64,000 nucleotides of DNA. Origin: Camelus dromedarius. Its lineage: Eukaryota. Every line of letters starts with the position of its first letter. The stretch's first letter is position 1. The notes below the pieces were generated by a model. That model did no database searches. It was not told the DNA's origin and saw nothing but the letters and a program-made list of their open reading frames with translations. The stretch lies in NCBI RefSeq assembly GCF_036321535.1, contig NC_087436.1:118112001-118176000 (forward strand), in the 5' to 3' direction. Shown here in pieces: positions 12,071-22,049 of this stretch. Made by a program: the position numbers and the translations under genes.

Positions 12071-12224
12071 AGTGCATACCAAAATGGCTAGAGGGTCTTC
12101 GGCTCAAAGCCTGACAGAGCTGAGTTGGAATTCTGGTCCCTCCGGTGACTCTGGGCCAGGTGCCTAAATTCTCTGTCTCCATAGTGAACTATTATTCTTC
12201 TGTAAGAATCATTTTTAGAATTTT

Positions 12225-12605
12225 TTCTCTCAGTTATACATATATATTCCTTTTCATATTTTTTTCATTATAGGCCATTACAAGATACTGAACACAGTTC
12301 CTTGTGCTATACAGTAGGACTTTGCTGTTTACCTGTTTTATATATAGTAGTTAGTATCTGCAAATCCTGAACTCCTAATTTATCTCTCCACCATCCTCTT
12401 CCACCTCTGGTAACCATAAGTTTGTTTCCTATGTCTGTGAGTCTATTTCTCTTTTGTAAATAAGTTCATTTGTGCCATTTTTTTTTTCAGATTCTACATG
12501 TAAGTGATATCATATAGTATTTTTCTTTATCCTTCTGTCTTGCTTCACTTAGGATGACAATCTCCATGTCCATCCATGTTGCTGCAAATGCCATTATTTT
12601 ATTAT
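12225..12605 (-). mobile_element. 5'-truncated LINE-1 3' end with 16-bp TSD, inserted in a MIR
   Basis: TSD tcatttttagaatttt at 12209-12224 and 12606-12621; L1 3'UTR text between. Confidence 0.9.
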
Positions 12606-13346
12606 TCATTTTTAGAATTTTCAAACATGATGCTTTTACTAGATGCTTTTATTTTTCATGCAGACATCTTTTTATAAAGGGTGGAATCCATTTCTTTTTA
12701 ATGAAACATTTATTCCTTTCATATTAATTAGGCTGTGTTTGGCTTGAGGCATACTCTGAAGGAACTTGCTGGCTCCCAGGAATTGCTTTATCAAGAGCTA
12801 AATATCACAGGAAAGGCAGGCTCACTCGCGAATGGCTTTCAAACACCAGCCAGAGCAGATGACCCATCACTGCCCAGCTTGATGACGTCACTGCTTATTT
12901 GCATTTCCCATCTTCCCACAGTGAGATCTCATTCCATCCTCTGGATGAGTCTTCCCAGGTCTTTTTATGTCTATAGAGTGGTTCCAACCTGTGTTACCTT
13001 ATAGGATACTTTTCTGGCACTAAGGGTGTCCGAAGCACCAGGACTGGTCCTGGGGTCTCGTCCCCATGACTCATGTTGGCGTTTCTTGACTGCAGTGTCC
13101 ATTATGACTCTAGAGAGAAACCGTGTGTGTAAGCAGTTTTAAATTATTTATAAAACCCACGATCACCTCTTGGAATTACCTTCACACTCTCCTCCGCTCC
13201 ACTGTCAGAAAGAGCTCTTTTTCCTGCAAAGCCCACACCTTCCCTGTTGTTTGTTTGTATGTTCTTTCCTTTATGCATTCATTCCCTCACCGTTGTGTCC
13301 CTAGGATCCACAGTAGCTCCCCAGCGCCCTCAGGACAAAAGCCAAC

Positions 13347-13574
13347 TGTATTGGTCTGGCAAAATCTCACAGGCTGGGGCCTTAAATCACAGGAGGGATT
13401 GCCTCACAGTGTTGGAAGCCAGAGGACACCTGCTGGATTTGGGCCTGCTCTCTCGACTCCATTTTAATTTAATTGCCTCTGTAAAGGCCCTATCTCCAAA
13501 TGCATCATATTCGGAGGTACTGGAGGTTAGGGATTCAACATACTGGTTTGGGAAACATAATTCAACCTGCAACA
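13347..13574 (-). mobile_element. MLT1 (MaLR) solo LTR, internally deleted
   Basis: TG...CA ends and perfect 5-bp TSD CCAAC (13342-13346 / 13575-13579); ccctatctccaaat..gaggtactggaggttaggga. Confidence 0.85.
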
Positions 13575-13959
13575 CCAACCCTTTAAAATGTCATTCAAGG
13601 CCATCCGTTGTCTGCTTCTCACTCGCCTTTGTTGTCTCATATTCCCCCACGATCTCCATGATGTCTGCCTGCGACACCTCAGGTGCACACCAGTGAGCGT
13701 CACCTGATACAGGTCAGAACTCAGAGATGAAGGGTCCACGGAGTGGGTGCACTGTTCTCAGCATCTCTAGGAAAGGCTGGCTTAGCTTAGAGCATAGCTG
13801 GACACGCAGTGAGGCTGGGCCCCAGTCATGGCATGCCTCCCCATGGTGCTCTCTCTTTTTATATGCTGACTGGGGACAGGTACTTTAGAATCAAGTACCA
13901 AGTAGTTTGAGCTTCCTGTGCTTGCTCTTTAAGGGACTGTGGGGGAAAAGTCAGATCAT

Positions 13960-14412
13960 ATAATTTTCTAATGGTGATGTTCTCAGGAGTGAGAAAAAGA
14001 AAATTTGCATCATAGTGGCATAAACAAGGAGGGTTTATTTTTCCCACATAACAAGAAGTCTGAAGGTAGGTGGTGCCATAATAACAGGTTCCGTATCTCT
14101 GAGACTCTCATAACCTCATGGTCACAAGAGGCTGCTGCAGGTCCAGACATTGCGTATGTGCTCAAGATAGAAAGGACCAGAAAATGGTGAAAGGGAGAAA
14201 AGTGGAACCATCTATAGCTAGTCCCTTTTATTTAGATGTAAGACTTTTCTTACAAGCCAGTAGCAGACTAATATCTTGTTGGCCAGAACTATGGCTACTC
14301 TTGGCTGCAAGTGAGTATTTAATGGATTACTTTGCCTTCTGGAAGAAAATTGTCCTATTACAGAGAAAGAAAGGGGAGGATGCACTTGGGTAATTAACAT
14401 CATTGTCTGCCA
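13960..14412 (-). mobile_element. Old MLT1 (J/K/L-like) LTR
   Basis: gtggcataaacaagga..cacataacaagaagtctgaaggtagg..tggtcacaagaggctgctgca. Confidence 0.6.
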
Positions 14413-14879
14413 AAGTCAGTCTTCTTGTCAGATAAGGATGTTTGAACAATGGTACCCAGCGTGATCACTCTCTTTCAGCGACCTTATTTATTCCTGATTT
14501 ATTTATTTATTTATTTTGCTTTTCCCCAAATTGGTTGTTTCCCAGATTCTTGCTCCTATAAGCATAACCCGTGGCCTTTAATGCCACACTACAGCTGTTT
14601 ATGCAATCCGTGCACACTCACGTGGGGGGGGGTGGGCAGTGGCGGTCAACTGAGTCAGGTAAGAAGGGGCACCCAGGCTGGGCCACGGAAGGGCAGCGCC
14701 AGCCATTGTACCTGCAGAGCTGTGCATTCCCAGCATGGCTCTGGCCTCTCTGATTCTGGGGTCACCTGTCCCCCAGAGTCTGGTTTGCCCGAGCTGAAAA
14801 GTAGGGGTTACAGTCTTGCCCATCAAGGTTACTGAAGCTGCAGCCAGACAAGGACCTTCCTTACCAGTCCAGCAGCAAA

Positions 14880-15030
14880 GTGAGTCTCAGCTGACTGCAC
14901 ATCAGACTCCCCCAGGAGCTTTTACAGAGTACAGCATCCCAGGGCCCTCCCAGACCTCTGGGTTGCCGCAGATCTGACGTCACTGTTCTGAAGGTGAAGT
15001 CCGGCTGGGGCCCACCCGATGCTGGCATGG
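14880..15030. mobile_element. MER5-like hAT-Charlie fragment
   Basis: gactgcacatcagactcccccaggagcttttta..cccagggccctcccagacc. Confidence 0.5.
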
Positions 15031-16179
15031 TCTAGGGTCTCAACACATGTCAGCCTCCTTCTTTGCTGACCTGGAGTCAGTTCCCAAATTTCTGACACCC
15101 TGTGTCTTGACACATGTCTTTCTTAAGGAAGATCTCCTGCAATCCACGCTAGCTAGCATTTATTTATTTGTCCCAATAAATTGTAATTAATAGTGATGAC
15201 ATCAGTTCCTAATTGAATCAGACTAATGAGGAATGTTAATTGGGTGCTTGCCTGTCAGCAACTTGGGTGACTTTGGCCGAATTGCTCATTCTCTGCCTCA
15301 TTAACTGTGATTTCTCATGGTGGGGGGGTGCTCTGTGCTGCCCTGCAGAGGACACTGGGGCCGCTCCAGACCCTCCTCTTCTATTTCAGAGGCTCCCGGG
15401 AGCTGGGCAGAGCTGCCTGGTGGTGAGATGTGCTGACGGACTTTCTAGAACATCCATCATGAGCTCGGAAGGCCGTAATAATACTGTAGTGTCAGCGGAT
15501 TCCCTCAGTCATGTGGTTGCCGCAGGCTTTCAAGTTGGGAGGAACGGAGGGACCTCCTGCTGAGTACAGGCACCAAGGACCCCCCTTCCCACGGCCACAC
15601 GGGGCCTGGTGGGCCCTGTTGTAACTGAAATTCCAGCTCCTTGGCAGACTCGAGCTCAGGCCTGGAGGGCAGGGCCAGGGAGGCCCTCAGGTCAGGAGTG
15701 GTGATGCCTGCTAGAAGTGCGGCAGGGGGCCGCTGGTGGGAAGGGTATTCTAAGCAGAGGGAACAGAGCATGCTGGTGCTGAGAGTCCAGAGTCAAGGTG
15801 CCAAGTTCACACGTCTGAGCCCCTAAAAACCTGGGGTTCGATCAGGAACCAGGTGGCCTGGCTCCTGCCCTCACGTTGTCCGGGGTCTGACTGTCAGACA
15901 GGAACAGGGAAGACCCAGCGAGAAGCAGCACGGAATTAATGGTGTGTCGTGGAGAAACACGGGAGATGGAGGGGCTGTGGGAGCCCACTGCGAAGGGGCT
16001 TGATGCAGCCCTCAGATAAAGGGGAGCTTCCCACAGGAAGTGCTGGGCCAGCAGAGACAGTTAGTGGGGGAGAGGGCAGGGGGAGGGGGCGGGGAGGAGG
16101 CGAGAAGGGTAGAAAGAGGTGGTGCGGTAGAGAAACTCTTTAAGGAAATTCTAAGGGTTTTGAGGTAGCTGGCATGAAG

Positions 16180-16348
16180 GGTGTGTGTGTGTCTCACGTG
16201 TGGTATGTGTATTTGTGTGTGGTGTGTATGTGTACATATATATGTGGTATGTGTGGCGTGTCTACGTGTGGGGATAAGAATGTGTGTCTATGTGTGTGGT
16301 GTGTGTGTGATGTGTATGTGTGTGTGTGTATATATTTGAGGTGTGTGA

Positions 16349-16380
<32 letters not shown>

Positions 16381-16383
16381 CAT
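16180..16383. repeat. Degenerate (TG)n tract followed by a (CA)n microsatellite
   Basis: Directly visible. Confidence 0.92.
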
Positions 16384-16927
16384 GCTGTCAGAGTGACAGA
16401 GGCAGGGAGGACTTTGAACATTTTCTGGAGGAGAAGGAAAGCCTTGTAGGGCCTCACGTCTCCGGGGTCTCGGAAGCACCGCTGGGCATGATGTCTGCGG
16501 AGACCGGAGCAGAGGTGGCGTCGGCCGGTGAGGGGCTGTTACAGAGAGATGTTCCTGACTCTGAAATCTCCAGCTCTAATCTCTACACACCAGAGATTGC
16601 TCTGGTCACGGGCTCAGGTGGAGGGGACACAGGCCAGGGGCTTGGGCTGGAACGTGGGGTCTGGGACGCACAGACTCGAGCCTGGCACTGCTTTGGGAGT
16701 TGACGTGCTCAGGGCTCAGGGTTGGGTCCCAGGCGCCAGTTGGCCCTGCACCCCCCAGCCTGCCCACGTTTCCCGGGCACTTGCTAGGCTCCTCCCCTGG
16801 CTCCGTGCACACCTGACAGCGAACCTGGCGGGGGGGCAGGTGAAACCTATCGCACAGTTGGGCTCACAGAGGTGCCCGGCTAAGTTGGTCAGCCAGAGGT
16901 GGGTGCCCACGATGGGCATTTACAGAC

Positions 16928-17323
16928 TGTATCAGTTTCCTGTGGCCGCTGTAACAAAGAACCCTAAACTGGGGGGATTCAAACAGCAGGCGCTTATTCT
17001 CCACTCTTCTGGTGGCCCCAGGGAGGATCCGCCACAGGCCTGGCAACAATTTTTGGCCTCCCTTGGCTTCTAGATGCAGCGTCTCTCCAGTCTCTGCCTC
17101 CATGGCCACACCACCCGCTCCTCTGTGCGTCTTCTGCCTTCTTTTCTCTCATTATAGAGACACTGGTTGGTGCAGGGCCCACCCTAATTCAGGATGACTC
17201 ATCTTGAGATCCGTGACTTAATTATACCTGCGAAGGCCCTTTATCCAAATGCGGCCACCTTCGCAGCAGTGGGGGTCAGGCCTGGGTGTGTCTTCTGAGG
17301 AGCGCTGTTCAGCCCTGACTGCA
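16928..17323 (-). mobile_element. MLT1C-like solo LTR
   Basis: tgtatcagtttcctgtggccgctgtaacaaag..ccagtctctgcctccatggccac..gggcccaccctaattcaggatgactcatcttgagatcc. Confidence 0.8.
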
Positions 17324-18669
17324 TCCTGCTCGTCCCCTCCTCTTTGGTTTTCTGCATTCGTCTCCCTGGGCCCCCATCATCCTGCCTGACAGAGAGCCTG
17401 GGAGCTTGAATCTGTATGGTGAAGAATCTTCCTTGAATCTATATGGTGAAGGGCTTGGCTCAAGCCACCCACCAGTCAGTAGGAACTGTCTCCCCCAGCT
17501 ACCCAGGCCTGCTCCGGCCATAGGACCAGGAATACCTGTGACCCTGTGTCCTGGGAAGCAGACGTCCCTCCGGGCACCCTGCCCTTCCTTCAGACGAGTC
17601 CTTGATGATGGTTGTGATGACGGTGCTAGTGATCACAATAACTGCATTTGCTGAGAGCCTGTTATAGTGGGAGTGTCATATGCCTGAAACCCCGAGAAGT
17701 AAAGAAAAGGCGCCTGCATTCAGTACCTGCAGTGGGACAGCACCACACCCTTCACAGCATCCCCTCCCATGTCCTCGGAGGAAGAACATACTAGCTCCAT
17801 TTCACTGATGAGTAGACTGAGGCTCAGGGAGGGTGGCCCCACTGTGGAGCTGAAGTAGAAGCCCTGGTTGGGGTGGCCCCAGAGCCCGAACTTCCTGCAT
17901 CTCTGTGACTTCCCAGCAGACCCTCATCTCTACCCAGTGCCTTTGACTTTTCTTAGGTCTGTTTTTCATTTTAGCCTCTCTGTCTCCTGGTCAGGTTGAT
18001 TCAGCCATTGCTACCCACCTCACTTGGCCGACGAGGAGGCGAGGCCAGAGGGCCAGAGATGTGTGCATGGCCCTACTCCTGGTCTGCAGGAGGGCCAGGG
18101 GCAGGGCCCAGCCTCCTGACCCCAGGTCCAGCCTTCTTAGCTCTGTGTTCCTGAGAAACATGAGCGTGTTTCTAAGATGTCTTAGAAAATAGATTCCAGT
18201 CCTAACACTGCCAGGTGCTCCCACTTCCTCGGTCTCATGTGGTCCCACTTAGTTTCTCCCCAGTGGGGAAGGTGGGCTTGGCTAATTCCATTCAGACAGG
18301 TGCTGAGACCAAGGCTGGAAAGGCAGCAAGAACTGGAGTGGGAGTTGGGATTCAGGCTCTTCCCCATTGTCTTGAATCTGCCTCAGATTCACAGCACGTG
18401 GGAGCCGAAAGGGGTCCAGTTTCCGACAGAAGAGCAACTTGGGATGCGCAGAGAGAACCCGCAGCTCCCAGCCTGTAACCGTATCCCTGGCGTTCTCTGT
18501 CACATGCCCTGTGCCCGGGGAGGAAGTGCCGCTGGTGTCAGGTGCCGGACCCGGGGAGGCAGAGGGCTGGGTTGGAGTCCCGAGCTGTGAGGTAGGTCTC
18601 AAACCTTCCTTCGTCTGTCAAGTGAGGCTAGTAATAGTAGTTACTGTGCTGGGTGGAGCAGTATCCCCT

Positions 18670-18904
18670 TGCCAAATCCAAGCAATGTGGCTGCTAGCCA
18701 GGGGCATCAACGGTTGACAGCGACCCCCAGAAATTAAAAGAGGCAAAGAAGGGTCCCTCCACCAGAGCCTTCAGAGGGAGCGCATCCCTGCACGACCTTG
18801 ATCGGAAGCTTCTGGCCCTCTGGAACTCTGAGACAGTCCGTTTCTGTTGTTTTCAGCCCCCGCTTTGTGGTACTTCGTTATGACCACCTGAGGAAACGAA
18901 TACG
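18670..18904 (+). mobile_element. MLT1C/D-like LTR, 3' part
   Basis: agagccttcagagggagc..ctctggaactctgagacag..tttctgttgttttcagcc..ggaaacgaatac. Confidence 0.75.
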
Positions 18905-20118
18905 ATACCCCGGCAGGATGACGGGACCCAGTACCTGTTCGTCCTGCTAATTTTTCCAGCCACATCGTCCTCCTTGCCGTGTGTCCTAAAGCTCCGTGTC
19001 CTCCTTGGCATCATTCCTTTCCCCTAAAAGCCTCTTTTTTTGCCTTTGCCATCTTTCCATCCTTTCATGCCCACCCTCCAGCACTGAGAGCCTTTCCTGA
19101 CAGCGTGTCCCCCACCCCACCGTGAGTAAGGGAGTCACTCTGAAGTCGGACTCCTGTGGGTTTGAAACCTGACACCAAGGGGCTTGCTGAACTCTGGGCA
19201 AGTTGATGAGCGCACTCGGGGTAACTGCTCCCTCGCGTTCCAGGGAGGATGGAGGCTTTATTCGCAAGATTCTCGTGGGGATCACACGGGATCATGGAGA
19301 AGACAATTCTCTCAGTCTCCACAATAAAGTGCTCAGGACAAGAACTGCCACTGTCGCTGTCACCACTTCTCCTTTGCTTCCCCAGTGCCCGTGTGCCTTA
19401 GTTTGGGTTTCCCCAGGAGCAAACCCAAGGGCCCTGGAGAGGTGAAGAAAGCACAGGTAGGGTTGGAAAGTGAGTCAGGGAAGGAAAGGCAGGAGGCTGC
19501 CGGTCAGGTTGTACCATCAAGCCAGTCCCCCCCAGCCCCGCAGAGCAGAGGCTCAAACTCCGGGAGCCCTGGGATCCTCACACTTACCCGGGGATGGGCA
19601 AGGGTGCTGGGGTGCGGATGTCCCAGCTGCCGTCGTAGGTTGCTTCTGTGGGCCTGAGCTCTCTGGCATTGCCCGTCTGTCACAGCAGAGCGGGTTCTAC
19701 TGGAAGACAGAGTCCTTTGCCAAAGAGAAGCAGGGCTGGTGGAGGGAAGGTGGGCGCGCAAGTGGGGAGGGCCAGGGCTGCAGTGGGCACAGACACTGTA
19801 TGTCCCAGCGTTGTGGACACTGGTCCGTCTGTCTGTTTTCCTCCCAGGCTGTGAGCTCCTTGAGGGCAGGGCTGCTTCTCTTCGTCTCCTGTTTCCGCAG
19901 CTGCTTTTTCAGCACTTAGGACATGGGCAGCACTTAGTGTGAATGCTCCATAAACAGGCGAACCTGGTCCAGCTCCTCCTTTCTGCAGACGTGGGGAGGC
20001 TGTGGCTTAGCCAGAGCTGCTCCGCTACCAAGATTTCGGGACCAGGGCTTGAACCGAGGAGTAGGATCGCAGTGATGGGCTGCCTTTTTTTTTTTTTTCC
20101 TTTGGAATGTTGGCCTGA

Positions 20119-20298
<180 letters not shown>

Positions 20299-20649
20299 TG
20301 AGTGATTCCATCCGGGGCTCCTGTGAATTCCTTCTTCTGGAGCCACATGCAAATACGGCTCTGCTGGAGGGAGGCTTCCACACTGTAAAGAGTAAGAAAT
20401 GAAATTTTCCAGGTTCAAATATTCTTTTGAATATTTCGTCGAGTACATTTTCTGATGAATATGTTGTAGAGCACATTTTCTGATGAAATCTTTAAGCATG
20501 TGCTTAAATTCTGCTCTCTTATCTAATGAATCAAAATTGAAATAGATTTAGAAGAGAAGGTTCATGGGTGTTTGAGGACACATTCAGGTTGTTGTAGGAC
20601 AATTCCAAATAAAGTCTTCTGTGGGGGATTCAAGGTTTTGGAAGATCAC

Positions 20650-21220
20650 ATCCATAGTGTTGATAGCAAGAAGGATTTCTCAGAGCTGATGTTTCACTCC
20701 ACTCTGGATGGCTGCCCAGCGTGGACATGCTAAATTCCAAGTTCTGAATCTGGACCACAAGGCCCGCTGGGACCCATGCTCTGGAACTTTCTCTCCATCC
20801 CGTCCTCGGCTATCAGCTCTGCTTTAATTTATGTCCTTGACTGCTGCCTTGCTGGTCGCTTCCCTGCCTCTGTGCTTGTGCCTGTGCCATCTCTTCCTGA
20901 AATTTCCACCTCTGTGTTTCCCCCGCTTTCTCTAACCAAATTCTGTGCATTCCTTTGGCTCAGCTTTCAAGGTACTTAAGCCCGGACCCTTTGCTGCTCC
21001 GTAGGCTGGGTGTGTGCCCCTCATGTCTCCAACCTCGACCTGTGCTTGACCCAACAGAGCCTGCACCGCCTTGAACCCGAATTGTTGGTTTACTTGTCTG
21101 TCCTGGCTGAGAAGTCACCTGCTCCTTGAATACAAGGGCTGTTTCCTGGTCCTTTGTTTCTGTGGTTCTAATGCAGTCTCGAACAGGCTGGAGACACTTA
21201 ATAAGTGTTTCCTGAGCTGG
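20650..21220 (+). mobile_element. LINE-2 fragments
   Basis: aaattccaagttctgaatctggaccacaaggcc..ttgtttacttgtctg-like text..cacttaataagtgttt. Confidence 0.5.
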
Positions 21221-22049
21221 ATTTTGTGGAAGGGGAGGGGACAGGCTGTTCTAGGAAATGAATTCTGACTGTCTCATTCTGCATCTCAGTTGACAGATTT
21301 TTTATCTTTGTTTTGACACAACATTTTATCCAAACTGCAGTCTGATCACACTCAAATAATAAACTGAATATAATCACGTTAGAGATTGGTCTTCAGACAT
21401 TATAGCCAGCGACGCCACGCTTGCCTATAACCTCACCAACACAGAACTACATCCACACCTCAGTGGCCACCAAACCATTCAGCAGAGCTTCTGTAACTGA
21501 GAGCTGTTTGATGCTACCAGTCTGGGCACCGTGGACTATTTTTCCAAGCTCTGGGTAGCTGCCGGGATCTCGGGGGGGGGGGGGCAGCCCTACTTTGGCA
21601 TAGTGCCCAAATGTGGCCAGTCGCGGCTTCGAGGAAGTCAGCGGCGCTGAGCAGCGCCTGGGCTTTCTCCGCGAGGTTACGAGCAAACTGGGCCGTGGTT
21701 CCGGGAGGGAAAGCCCCTCCCACCCGGCCGGATCTGTGATTTAAGCGCATCTTTTGCGATGGGAATGTCTAGCCAAGCCCACGTTCCTACTGTCACCAAT
21801 GGCTTCGACGACCCTTTATACTCAGAAGCGCTCTGTGAACAGGGGGTGACAGAGCAAGGAGAGGGTGTCCAGGTGCGCCTGACAGGTGCCCCAGACTCGG
21901 GTGTTTCTACGGGGAAAAGCCACACTGCACGTCGTACACAGGCGTCTGAGTAACAGGTGCGCATGCGTCGTGTCTCCAGGCAACCGTCCAAACCCCTGGG
22001 GGGAATTCAGCCCCTTCATGTTTTGATTGCTGTGCAAGGGAATCTTTTA

